Of a stretch of 64,000 bases of DNA, positions 37,868-47,339 are shown piece by piece. This DNA comes from Nodosilinea sp. GTDB lineage: Bacteria; Cyanobacteriota; Cyanobacteriia; Phormidesmidales; Phormidesmidaceae. Where the stretch lies: the NCBI GenBank assembly GCA_040396995.1, contig JBBAWV010000001.1, forward strand, positions 35,258 through 99,257. The letters run 5' to 3'. How positions within the stretch are numbered: the first letter of the stretch is position 1; each line of letters begins with the position of its first letter. The translations under genes and the position numbers were made by a program. The notes beneath the pieces are model-generated. The model made no database searches. It was not told where the DNA came from and worked only from the letters and a program-made list of their open reading frames with translations.

Positions 37868-39202
37868 TTAAAAGCGGAAGCCAATATTGACGTAGGGGCC
37901 ATGCTGATCGACGTTGATGTCAACCAGGTTCGCGTTGTAGTCGGTGAAACCGAAGCGATACCCCGCCCCCAGGGTGGTGTTGCCGGAGAACATCCAATCA
38001 ACCCCGCCCTGGATGCCGTACTGCATCAGGCCACTAATGCCAAAGCCAGAGATAGTACCCATTCCGACTACGGCTAACTTAGGGTTGGCATTCCAGCGCA
38101 CCCGCCCGCCAATCAACGGCGATACGACGGTGCGACTGTTGTTAAACTGGCCCGATCCACCCAAATTGGTGCTCAACCCAAGCCGGGTATTCACTTGGGT
38201 TAAGCTCAGGCCACCCAAGGCATCAAACACAAACGGCCCTAGGTCGAACTCGGAAAGAACACCCTCCGGGTTCACTCGCGCTGGATCATAAAAGCGGTAG
38301 CTGCCCACTAGGTCGGCACGCATCAGTTGGGTCGTTAGACCTGCATTAATTTGGGTGGGAACGAAGGCCGCAGCACCTGGAATGCGCACATCCCGGTTGA
38401 TGGTGCTATCCGTGGATAGGGAAATGTAGTCGAAATTGCCAACAACGCCCCATTTATAGTTTGGGTTCCAGGCTTCAAATCCGCTAAGAAAGGCAAAATT
38501 TAGGCTATTGCGCAGCGCTGTTGTAATCTGGCTGGGGCTAAAGTCAAAGTCGCGGCTAGGATTACTAAAATCTCCAACGAAATCATCCCTGAAACCTTCA
38601 CCCTGAAAGGTGGCTGAGCCCGAAATACTAAAGGGAAGATAGATATAGGGCGCGAGCAAAAAGTGCCATTTATCCGACTGGGACGATTCCGAGGTCGTTT
38701 GGGCCACATCAAGGGACTGGCCGAGGGGCGTTTGGAGGAAGTCCTCACTCGCGAGGGAAGCCTCCGTCCGTTGCAGATCGCGGCTGGTGGTGGAGATCGG
38801 CAGCAAGGGATCCTCCGCCACCAGCGAATCCGCCGCTTGGGTCTCGTCGTTGGGGACAGCACTAGGGTGAGTCTCAGGATGAATGGCCTCTCCAGCGGTG
38901 GCATCAGCCGTCTGGGGCGATTCAGTAACCTGGGCTTCCGAAGGCATCGCGTCCGCTGAGAGGATGGCGGATGACTCATCCTCAGCCATTCCCTCAGCCC
39001 CTTCCATCGACATTTCCTCAGAAACCTCAGCCTCGACCACCGCTTCTAGAACGACCTCTGGCAAGGGTTCCAGACTGGTAGATGGGTCGTTGCCCCCCTC
39101 CAGAGAGGGAAGTGCGCTGGCTGGGGCGGGCAACAGCAGCGCGATGGCGGCGAGGGTACTCAGGCTCATTAATCCAGTTTTATCGTTCATCGAAGTGCTC
39201 AT
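37868..39202 (-). CDS. Putative outer-membrane beta-barrel protein with long acidic N-terminal extension
   Basis: Signal-like LAAIALLLPAPASA; Glu/Ser-rich linker; amphipathic strands (WHFLLAPYIYLP, LIGGRVRW, LGAGYR); C-terminal YVNIGFRF; start uncertain. Confidence 0.7.
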   Translation of the reverse strand: MSTSMNDKTGLMSLSTLAAIALLLPAPASALPSLEGGNDPSTSLEPLPEVVLEAVVEAEVSEEMSMEGAEGMAEDESSAILSADAMPSEAQVTESPQTADATAGEAIHPETHPSAVPNDETQAADSLVAEDPLLPISTTSRDLQRTEASLASEDFLQTPLGQSLDVAQTTSESSQSDKWHFLLAPYIYLPFSISGSATFQGEGFRDDFVGDFSNPSRDFDFSPSQITTALRNSLNFAFLSGFEAWNPNYKWGVVGNFDYISLSTDSTINRDVRIPGAAAFVPTQINAGLTTQLMRADLVGSYRFYDPARVNPEGVLSEFDLGPFVFDALGGLSLTQVNTRLGLSTNLGGSGQFNNSRTVVSPLIGGRVRWNANPKLAVVGMGTISGFGISGLMQYGIQGGVDWMFSGNTTLGAGYRFGFTDYNANLVDINVDQHGPYVNIGFRF

Positions 39203-39245
39203 CACAATCAGGTGTTGTTCAACGTCTCTATCCCCATCGCTGGGT

Positions 39246-40127
39246 CTAAGCCTCCGGTGCATCCTGGGGCTGTGCGCCCTGGGCCAGTTGCTTTTGGTAG
39301 AGATGCGTGTAGATTTTAGCGGCAATGCCCGAGATCACCGCGTAGGAGGCAATGGTGATTAGCACCTCATGGGCCACCGTCGGAAAGTTGAGGGTAATCA
39401 ACGCCAGGGCTAGACCTGCATTGCGCGATCCATTGGCCATCGCTAGGGTTTGCCGCACCACCGGGTCTGTACCCGCCAGGTAGTGGCCACTCACCAGCCC
39501 CGCCGCCGCCATTAGCACCACCGCCAAGATGGGCAAGGGGCCAGCCTTGAGCACCAGCGACAGCCCCATCACCACCACCAGCAACACCACCCCGATCAGC
39601 ATGGCGCTGCTGATGCGGTTAAGGGGTTCGCTAAACTCCTCCGTTAAATCGGGCAACCAATGGGCTATGGCCGCCCCCACCAACAGCGGGAGGCCCTGCA
39701 CCGCCATGATTTGCTTAAACACTACCGCCAGCGGAGCCTCGGCCCCAATGGGGTAGATCGCCGTAATAATGCCAAACCACAGGGGCACCAGCACCACCGA
39801 CAGCAGTGCCATCGTGGCCTGAAAACTGCCCGCCAGTTCCGCATCCCCTGGCCCCTTCAGCATTTTGCGATAGATCACCGGAGCCCCTGGGATCACCGCC
39901 ATGGCCGCAATGCCCGCCCGCACCTCAAAGGTCAGGGGCAGCACCTTCGTCACCACCATGGCCGCTAGGGGCACCAACACAAAGGCCGCCACAATGCACC
40001 GCGCCAGCAACGCCGGACTGCGCCACAGACGACTGATGCCCGCAAACCCCAAGGCCATCCCCATGGACAGCATGACGGCAAACAGGGTGAGCTGGGCAAA
40101 ACTGCTGAGCAATTCCTTCAAATCCAT
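39246..40127 (-). CDS. Bile acid:sodium symporter (BASS/SBF) family transporter
   Basis: VMLSMGM, FVLVPL, PGAP, LLSVVLVPLW, ANGSRNAGLAL. Confidence 0.85.
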   Translation of the reverse strand: MDLKELLSSFAQLTLFAVMLSMGMALGFAGISRLWRSPALLARCIVAAFVLVPLAAMVVTKVLPLTFEVRAGIAAMAVIPGAPVIYRKMLKGPGDAELAGSFQATMALLSVVLVPLWFGIITAIYPIGAEAPLAVVFKQIMAVQGLPLLVGAAIAHWLPDLTEEFSEPLNRISSAMLIGVVLLVVVMGLSLVLKAGPLPILAVVLMAAAGLVSGHYLAGTDPVVRQTLAMANGSRNAGLALALITLNFPTVAHEVLITIASYAVISGIAAKIYTHLYQKQLAQGAQPQDAPEA

Positions 40128-40742
40128 CTTATGATCACCCCTCTCAATAAGCGGTTAACCCAAACAGCGAGCCAATTATCCTAGTTCGCCACTCCAAACA
40201 GAGATACCTTAAACAAAGCGTTACAACCGTGCGTTTAACCCTAAGATTAACGGCGACAAGAAGAATATATCGGCAAAGATCTAGCTTTTCTTAATATTTA
40301 GATGATTTTCTTCAAGTGGCTTTATAGATTGCTCAACCCATCAAGAAGTTGCTTCTATTTACCACGGCTTTAACAATCCTTAAAGATGCGCTAAAATTGG
40401 TAAGCCGATGACTTCTTGGTGGCTTTGCTGGCAAGGCGCATCCATGTCTTCTAGGCCTTTACTCCAAGGGTTTAAGCTTACTTCCACATCAGGAAACTCG
40501 ATAGCATCTGTGAATCTAGTAGCAATAAGAACCTCAAAAAAATAAAATGCACTTAGTAAATGTTGTCCTTTCAACAAGTCACATTACGAGCCATTCTTCA
40601 GTAATACCATCTGAAATTCTGAAGTTCTGGTCATTTCGCGCCAACCTGACTAAGAATATTTAATTCTTTGATACCCTAGGGGAGATGGCATCTACCTAAG
40701 CTAAAGCCTTGTCCCCCTTGGATCCCTTGCTCCACAGCCGCA

Positions 40743-41759
40743 ATGAAATCCATCCCCCTGATTAGAGTTGGTCTGCTGCTGCCCGTTGTGGAATTTCTTG
40801 ACCACATCGGCTCACCTACAGATCGTCTGTTAGCGCAAGTGAACCTGTCGCCAGCGGTCTTAGAACATTCAGACCGTCTGCTAACGCTCTATCAGGGAGT
40901 TGCCCTAGCCGAAAAGGCAGCGGCTTTGGAGGGCCTGGAGACCTTAGGGTTTCTGGTCGGCGGCCAGACTCCACTACCTCGGCTAGGCAGCTTAGGCAAA
41001 ATTGTGCACCATTCCCTCTCCCTGTTCGATTTGCTAACCACCCTTGAGCAGGTGTTAGGCATGGCCAATTCGGGCCAACAGGTGAACCTGCGATGGGATG
41101 GCGACTGGGTTTGGTGGCAGTTTAATTGCCAAAGCCCAGGTCAGATCAGCAACCTACAAAATCATCGCTACGACCTTGGTCTTTATCTCAATGCGCTGCG
41201 CCAGGTGCTAGGGCCAGATTGGCGACCCACCGAGGTGCACCTCAAGGGGCCACACTGCCAAGCTATGGTGGATTTGGACGATTTTGCGGGCACCACGATG
41301 CACTTTTTGCGCCCCTGCAATGCCATCAAAATCCCTCGATCCGCCCTGAGCTTGCCCTACAACCCCAAGGCCAAGGGGACGGATCTCCACAGCCACCCCG
41401 ACTACGACCGCTTTCAGCAAACGGCCCCCGCCCAAACCTTCTTCGACTCGTTGCAGCAGTGCATTCAGGCCCAGTTGCCCTTCGGCTGTCCTGATATCAC
41501 CCTGATAGCCTCTGCTTCGGGACTCAGTGTGCGAACCCTGCAACGACACCTAGGCGAAACGGGGCTAACCTACTCCAAATTGGTGGATCAGGTGCGGTTT
41601 AACCAAGCCGTGGCGCTGCTTCGGCAATCCGATACCAAACTGTTGGACATTGCCACTGAGCTAGGCTACACCGACCCCGCCAACTTTGGTCGTGCCTTTC
41701 GCCGCTGGGCGGGCATGTCCCCCAGAGAATTTCGCGCCACCTATCAACGCCAAGGGTAA
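40743..41759 (+). CDS. AraC-family transcriptional regulator (N-terminal ligand-binding domain, VirS/OruR-like)
   Basis: C-terminal SVRTLQRHL.E.GL.YS.LVDQVRF...IATELGY.DPANF.RAFRRW.G.SP.EFR. Confidence 0.92.
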   Translation: MKSIPLIRVGLLLPVVEFLDHIGSPTDRLLAQVNLSPAVLEHSDRLLTLYQGVALAEKAAALEGLETLGFLVGGQTPLPRLGSLGKIVHHSLSLFDLLTTLEQVLGMANSGQQVNLRWDGDWVWWQFNCQSPGQISNLQNHRYDLGLYLNALRQVLGPDWRPTEVHLKGPHCQAMVDLDDFAGTTMHFLRPCNAIKIPRSALSLPYNPKAKGTDLHSHPDYDRFQQTAPAQTFFDSLQQCIQAQLPFGCPDITLIASASGLSVRTLQRHLGETGLTYSKLVDQVRFNQAVALLRQSDTKLLDIATELGYTDPANFGRAFRRWAGMSPREFRATYQRQG

Positions 41760-41830
41760 ACGCCCCTTATACACTGGCCGCGATGACCTGGATGCCCCTG
41801 AAAGCAGATACTTCACCGTTGCTGACTCAC

Positions 41831-41926
41831 ACCAAATCCTAATCGAATAACCCCGATTCCCAGCCCAGCAAACCGTAGGGGCGAGGTCTCCTCGCCCGCT
41901 GATACCGGGGGCAAACAAGTCGGATT
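41831..41926 (+). repeat. REP-like element (tail + GTAG + hairpin + GCTGATACCGGGGG extension)
   Basis: Inverted copy of 25555-25620; extension shared with 7523-7552. Confidence 0.92.
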
Positions 41927-41939
41927 TGTATCATACAGG

Positions 41940-44117
41940 TTAGCCATTAGGCCCAAGGGGTGACCTAGCGGTAAGGCCAGGTTTGGCCTCCACGAGCCAG
42001 CGTTCGGCGTCGGGGGCGGCTAGGGGAGGGGTAAGCCAATAGCCCTGGGCCAGTTCGCAGCCTAACCCGTGGAGTTGCTGCCATTGATGCTCGGTTTCTA
42101 CGCCTTCGGCGACGGCTTCTAGACCCAGGCGGTTGCTGAGGGTAATCAGGGTCTCCACGATGTTGGCGCTGGGGCCATGGGTTTCCATGGTGGTCACAAA
42201 GGTGCGGTCAATTTTGAGGGCGCTCACCGGAAGCTGGTGCAGGTAGCTGAGGGAGGAATAGCCCGTCCCGAAGTCGTCGATGGTGAGGCTGAGGCCCAGG
42301 TCTCGCAGTTGTTGGAGCCGCACGGCCATGGCCTGAATATTTTGGATCAGCGTACTTTCGGTAATTTCTAGGTTGAGGCAGCAGGGCGATAGGGCTGACT
42401 GGGCCAGAATTGTTTGGAGGTGGGGGATCAGATCGTCGCGCCACAGGTCTTGGATGGAAACATTAAAGCTGAGGGTGAGGTGGGCGAGGTAGGGATAGTG
42501 GCGCTGCCAGAGGGCCAGTTGTTGCAGCCCCGTCTCCAACACCCAGCGATCTAAGGGAACGATCAGTCCGGTTTCCTCGGCAATGGGAATGAATTCCAGC
42601 GGTGACAGCAGCCCCCGCTGGGGATGGTTCCAGCGCACCAGCACCTCGAAGCCACAGATAAGCCCCGTGGCCAGTCGCAGAATGGGCTGATAGTGAAGCA
42701 CCAGTTCCCGTTGGTCGATGGCTCGCCGCAAATCTTGCTCAAGCTGAAGGCGATCTAGCACCTGTTGTCGCATCGAGTCATCAAATACCACGAAGCAGCC
42801 CCGGCCCCGTGCCTTGGCGCGATACATGGCAATGTCGGCATCGCGGAGGGGTTCGGTGGGGTCTTGGTAGTGGGCAAGGCTGGTGACGATGCCCAGGCTG
42901 GCGTTGAGAAACACCTCCCGCCCCTGCACCAGAAAGGGTTTTTGGAGTTCCTCTAGCAGTCGCTCCGCCACGGTCTCTACCGCCTGAAAACTATCCACCT
43001 CTTCCAGCAACAGCACAAACTCATCGCCCCCCAGCCGAGCGGCCATGTCGCTGGCTCGTACCATTCCCCCCAAGGTGTTGGCCACCGCGACCAAGATGTC
43101 GTCTCCGGCCTGGTGGCCTAGGCTGTCGTTGATCACCTTGAAGTGGTCGAGATCTAAAAATAGCACCGCAAACTGGGCCTGGGGATAGCGACAGGATCGC
43201 TGGATGGCCAGGTCAAGGCGCTGCTTCAGGAAGGTGCGGTTGGGCAACCCGGTCAGAGCGTCATGGAGGCTGCTGTGGAGGATTTCGGCGGCAGCTTGGT
43301 GGCGCTCTTCCTCGGCCCGTTTGCGCTCGGTGATATCGGTGAGGGTGCCGCTCAGGCGTTGGGGCTTGCCGTCGGCATCCCATTCCACCACCTTGCCCCG
43401 TTCCATGGCCCAAACCCAGTGCCCCTGCCGATGGCGCAGTCGGATCTCGCTGTCAAAGGTGGGGGTGAGGTTTTCCAGATGGGCGGCGAGGGCGGCGAGG
43501 TGTTTGTCGTGGTCGTTGGGGTGGATGAGCTGCCCCCAGGTCTCGCTGCGGGTGAAGTCGAGGGCGGTAGGGGAATAATCCAGCATTTGGATGCAGCGGT
43601 CATTCACCCACATCGTGCCGCTTGGGAGGTGCCAGTTCCACAGGCCAATGCCCGATCCTTCGATGGCCAGTTTCAGCAGTTCACGGGTGCGCTCTAGGTC
43701 GTCCTGGGCCTGCTGGCGTTCTCGGCGATCCTGGGCGTCGCGCAGTTCCCGCCGCACCGCTTCCCCCAGGCGCGATAGGTTGTCCTTCATTACATAGTCG
43801 CAAGCTCCGGCCCGCATGAGTTCCACGGCGGTGGCCTCGCCCACGGTGCCCGACACCACGATAAAGGGAATATCCTGACCGCTCTGCTTCAGCAAATCGA
43901 GGGCAGCAGGGGCGCTGAAGTGGGGCAGTTTATAGTCCGATAGCACCACATCCCAGCGTTGGGCCTGGAGGGTTGCGTTAAAGTCATCGGCGGTTTGCAC
44001 CTGAGCCCAGGTCAAATCCTCAAACCCGGCTCGCTTCAGTTCGCGCCGCAGCAATACGGCGTCGTCATCGGAGTCTTCAACAATTAAGACGCGGAGGGCA
44101 GCATCGGCGATGTTCAT
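41940..44117 (-). CDS. REC-PAS-GGDEF-EAL c-di-GMP enzyme
   Basis: VLIVEDS receiver; PAS/PAC; RASD I-site + GGDEF; EVL, DDFGTGYSSL. Confidence 0.92.
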   Translation of the reverse strand: MNIADAALRVLIVEDSDDDAVLLRRELKRAGFEDLTWAQVQTADDFNATLQAQRWDVVLSDYKLPHFSAPAALDLLKQSGQDIPFIVVSGTVGEATAVELMRAGACDYVMKDNLSRLGEAVRRELRDAQDRRERQQAQDDLERTRELLKLAIEGSGIGLWNWHLPSGTMWVNDRCIQMLDYSPTALDFTRSETWGQLIHPNDHDKHLAALAAHLENLTPTFDSEIRLRHRQGHWVWAMERGKVVEWDADGKPQRLSGTLTDITERKRAEEERHQAAAEILHSSLHDALTGLPNRTFLKQRLDLAIQRSCRYPQAQFAVLFLDLDHFKVINDSLGHQAGDDILVAVANTLGGMVRASDMAARLGGDEFVLLLEEVDSFQAVETVAERLLEELQKPFLVQGREVFLNASLGIVTSLAHYQDPTEPLRDADIAMYRAKARGRGCFVVFDDSMRQQVLDRLQLEQDLRRAIDQRELVLHYQPILRLATGLICGFEVLVRWNHPQRGLLSPLEFIPIAEETGLIVPLDRWVLETGLQQLALWQRHYPYLAHLTLSFNVSIQDLWRDDLIPHLQTILAQSALSPCCLNLEITESTLIQNIQAMAVRLQQLRDLGLSLTIDDFGTGYSSLSYLHQLPVSALKIDRTFVTTMETHGPSANIVETLITLSNRLGLEAVAEGVETEHQWQQLHGLGCELAQGYWLTPPLAAPDAERWLVEAKPGLTARSPLGPNG

Positions 44118-44135
44118 AAATGGCAGCGGCAACGT

Positions 44136-44558
44136 TCAGAGGTAGGAACTAACCTGATTAATCTGTGTCCAATACATCCCCAAGCGCTCGACGGCGGCGG
44201 TAAATTCGTTTATGGATACAGGCTTGCGCACGTAGCTATTGGCCCCTAGATGGTAACTGTTGACAATATCACTCTCCTCGCTGGAAGAGGTGAGCACGAC
44301 GACGGGGATGGCCTGCGTGGCCTCGCGGCTGCGAACCTGACGCAGAACCTCCAGACCGTCAACCTTGGGTAGTTTTAGGTCTAAAAGCACGACGCAGGGC
44401 AAAGGCGACATGGCCCCTAGCCGTTGCAACGCTTCCTCCCCATTGTGGGCCACAATCACAGGATTGGTGATGTTGCCCCGGCGCAGGGCACGTAGGGTAA
44501 GGCGTTCGTCGTCGGGGTTGTCTTCCACGAGCAAAATACTGCGTAGGTCGGTGGTCAT
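44136..44558 (-). CDS. Single-domain response regulator (Rcp1-like)
   Basis: ILLVEDNPDD, LLDLKLPKVDG, VVLTSS, ANSYVRKP; ATGA overlap with kinase stop. Confidence 0.93.
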   Translation of the reverse strand: MTTDLRSILLVEDNPDDERLTLRALRRGNITNPVIVAHNGEEALQRLGAMSPLPCVVLLDLKLPKVDGLEVLRQVRSREATQAIPVVVLTSSSEESDIVNSYHLGANSYVRKPVSINEFTAAVERLGMYWTQINQVSSYL

Positions 44559-46897
44559 GGCCTTGCCTCCGCTGGAGCCGACCACAGGGGTAGGGTAAAG
44601 GACAGGGTAGCGCCCTGCTCCACCGTCGCCTCGGCCCAAACCCGCCCCCCGTGGCGATGGATAATCCGCTGTACCGTGGCTAGCCCAATGCCCGTACCGG
44701 GGAACTCATCAGTATTGTGGAGACGCTGGAACACGCCAAAAAGCTGGTTGGCGTAGGCCATGTCAAACCCGGCCCCATCGTCTTGCAGAAAATAGACGGT
44801 TTCGCCATTCTGCTGGGTTTGGCTAAAGGTGATGTGGGCCTGGGGATGGTGGCTGGTAAATTTCCAGGCATTTTGCACCAGGTTGATGATCACTACCTGC
44901 ATCAAGGTTTGATCCGCCCAGGCCGTGAGATTCGGCGTTAGGTGGAGGTCAACGCAACGTTCTGGCTCATCCCGCTGAAGTTCCGCCACCTGTTCCTGGA
45001 CTAAAGCGCTCAGATCCACCCATTGATAGTGCATCGCCGAACGCGACACCCGCGACAGCCGCAGCAGATCATCAATGAGTTGGCCCATCCGCTGAATGTT
45101 GTGGCGGATGCGGCGAAAGTAATCCTGCCCCTCCTCGTCCACCCGGTCGCCATAGTCTTCTAGGAGAGCCTGACTAAAGCCATCGATGGCCCGCAAGGGG
45201 GCGCGTAAATCGTGGGAGACCGAGTAGGCAAAGGCTTCCAGCTCCCGGTTCGAGGCTTCCAGTTGAGCCGAGGTTTGGCGAAGTTGCTCCTCCGCCAGCT
45301 TGGTTTCGGTAATGTCTACCAGGGTGCCGATCATGCGCCAGGGTTGCCCGTCGGCGTCGGTTTCCATCAGGGCGGTGGCCCGCACCCAGCGCAATTCGCC
45401 ATCCTGTCGCAAAAACCGCAGGGTTTGGGAGGTAGGCTGGGCACCGGAGAGCACCCGCACCAGATCGGCCTCCACCAGGGGCAAATCCTCTCGGTGGAAG
45501 GTCCCCAGCCATTCCCCTAGACTGGTGGGAGCGTGGTCTAGGCCATAGATTTGCAACAGCCGATCATCCCAGGTCACGGCCTCAGTTTGGAGGTCAATCG
45601 TCCAGGTGCCAATGCGACCAGAGTCTAGGGCCACACTCAATCGCAGGGAGAGATCCTGCATCTGACGTTCTGCCCGTTTGCGCTGGGTAACGTCCTGGGC
45701 CGTGCCCGTGAGGTGAGTCACCACGCCTTGATCGTTGCAGAGGGTTTCTCCGCGCACGTTAATCATGACTTCGGTCCCATCGGAGCGCACAATCCTAAAT
45801 TCCTCATCGTAGGGCTCCTGGGTCGATAGGATCTGCTCTACCACTAGACGATGGCGTTCCCGATCCTCTGGATGAAAACGCTGTTGTAGATCCTCAAAAT
45901 TGGCTAGGGATGTCTCAACGGGCAGGCCGAAAATGCGGTAGAGCTGATCCGACCAAATAATCCGCTCCGTGGCCAGTTCAAAGGTCCAACTACCCAGGTT
46001 GCCGATGCGCTGGGCCTCCCGCAGGTGGGCTTCGCTCCGTTGTAGCTTGGCTTCGGCCTCTTTCAGCCGGGTAATATCCACATGGCATCCCACCATATAC
46101 AGGGGGTTCCCAGCTTCGTCCCACTCAATCACCCGTCCGGCGCAAATCACCCACACCGTCGATCCATCTTTGTGGTGATAGCGCACCTCGTTGTAGTAGG
46201 GCTCTAGGCCGTGGCTGGCGATGTGCCGATCCATACAGGCCAGGGTAGGGGGCAAGTCCTCCGCAAAAATCAGCCGCTGCCAGGTGTCTAGCTCCGTGGG
46301 CAGGTTGGCATCGTCATAGCCAAACATCCGCTTCAGGCCGGGGCTCATGTAGTTCGTGCCCTGGGCAAAATCAATATCCCAATAACCCGCCAGAATCGAT
46401 TCCAGGGTGGTCTCCAACAGATTCAGTTCCACCCGCAGTTGCTCGGTTTGTTGCCGTTCCTGCGCCGCCTGCTGGTGTTCCGTCACATCCGTAAAGTAGA
46501 AGGTGAGACCATCGTGGCTGGGGTAGATGCGGTTCTCAAACCAGCGGCCAAACGGGGGATAAAAAAAGGTCGCATTGATGGGACGCTGCTCCGCCATGGC
46601 CTGTTGCGCCTGGGCATAGACCGGGTGGTCTACGGCTTCTGGAAATTCTGCCCAAACGTTTTTCCCCCGCAGTTCCGCCAGGGATCGCTGGAGAATTTGC
46701 GTCGCCCGTAGGTTGAGATAAACCACTCGGCTCTGAGTATCTAGGGCCAGCACCCCATCGTTAATTCGATCGAGCACGCTGGCCAAAAGATCCTGGGCCT
46801 CAACGCCCTGGGAGTTCGGCTGGGGGCCATCCTGATCCTCGCCTCTCACCGAGTTCCCTGGCGAATCATCGATGGCAGCAGCGGGTACGTTTACCAT
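44555..46897 (-). CDS. Multi-PAS sensor histidine kinase
   Basis: Four PAS/PAC modules; YSVSHDLRAPLR, NAWKF, DDGAGF, GTGIGLA; start uncertain (up to 46966). Confidence 0.92.
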   Translation of the reverse strand: MVNVPAAAIDDSPGNSVRGEDQDGPQPNSQGVEAQDLLASVLDRINDGVLALDTQSRVVYLNLRATQILQRSLAELRGKNVWAEFPEAVDHPVYAQAQQAMAEQRPINATFFYPPFGRWFENRIYPSHDGLTFYFTDVTEHQQAAQERQQTEQLRVELNLLETTLESILAGYWDIDFAQGTNYMSPGLKRMFGYDDANLPTELDTWQRLIFAEDLPPTLACMDRHIASHGLEPYYNEVRYHHKDGSTVWVICAGRVIEWDEAGNPLYMVGCHVDITRLKEAEAKLQRSEAHLREAQRIGNLGSWTFELATERIIWSDQLYRIFGLPVETSLANFEDLQQRFHPEDRERHRLVVEQILSTQEPYDEEFRIVRSDGTEVMINVRGETLCNDQGVVTHLTGTAQDVTQRKRAERQMQDLSLRLSVALDSGRIGTWTIDLQTEAVTWDDRLLQIYGLDHAPTSLGEWLGTFHREDLPLVEADLVRVLSGAQPTSQTLRFLRQDGELRWVRATALMETDADGQPWRMIGTLVDITETKLAEEQLRQTSAQLEASNRELEAFAYSVSHDLRAPLRAIDGFSQALLEDYGDRVDEEGQDYFRRIRHNIQRMGQLIDDLLRLSRVSRSAMHYQWVDLSALVQEQVAELQRDEPERCVDLHLTPNLTAWADQTLMQVVIINLVQNAWKFTSHHPQAHITFSQTQQNGETVYFLQDDGAGFDMAYANQLFGVFQRLHNTDEFPGTGIGLATVQRIIHRHGGRVWAEATVEQGATLSFTLPLWSAPAEARP

Positions 46898-47019
46898 AAC
46901 TCTAGCCCTGCGTTTTTTTAATCGAACGGCACCCTGCCTCTCCCTGTACATCTTAGAGTGCCCCAATTCCTTCGTTTTAGTCTGTTTTGTCGCTAAAGTT
47001 CAGCATTAATTTGTATCCT

Positions 47020-47136
47020 CAGTAGATCGCAAAGTCCCCGCAGCCCACCCTGACGGGAAGCCAGCTACACCCTCAGCCCCTCGCCCAGGGGGGTGAGGGC
47101 TAGATCACGGCAAAAGAGCGTGTTTGTGATCTACTG
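47020..47136. mobile_element. 117-bp MITE with 14-bp TIRs and 5-bp TSD
   Basis: TIRs CAGTAGATCGCAAA / TTTGTGATCTACTG (13/14); ATCCT at 47015-47019 and 47137-47141. Confidence 0.85.
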
Positions 47137-47262
47137 ATCCTCCGTAACGCGCTCCCCGTAGTTTCCCCGCTGTTGATGTCTAGGCTGAACGGTGGACTGG
47201 GTTTAGCGCTGGTCTAGGTTTAAAGGGCGTTTATCGATCTGCGGTAGCTTGAATCATCTGCC

Positions 47263-47328
47263 GATCCCCCCGCCCCCCTCACTGAGGGGGGTAGAAGTCT
47301 TCCTTGTTAAGGGGGATTGAGGGGGATC
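47263..47328. repeat. C/G-run palindromic repeat (GATCCCCC...GGGGGATC), common cyanobacterial intergenic type
   Basis: Terminal inverted repeats with internal CCCCCTC/GAGGGGG hairpin. Confidence 0.65.
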
Positions 47329-47339
47329 CCCACGTTGGG

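Noticed and set aside
40380-40577. 65-aa ORF in the BASS-AraC spacer
   Set aside because: TTG start, no recognisable motif, AT-rich promoter-like context
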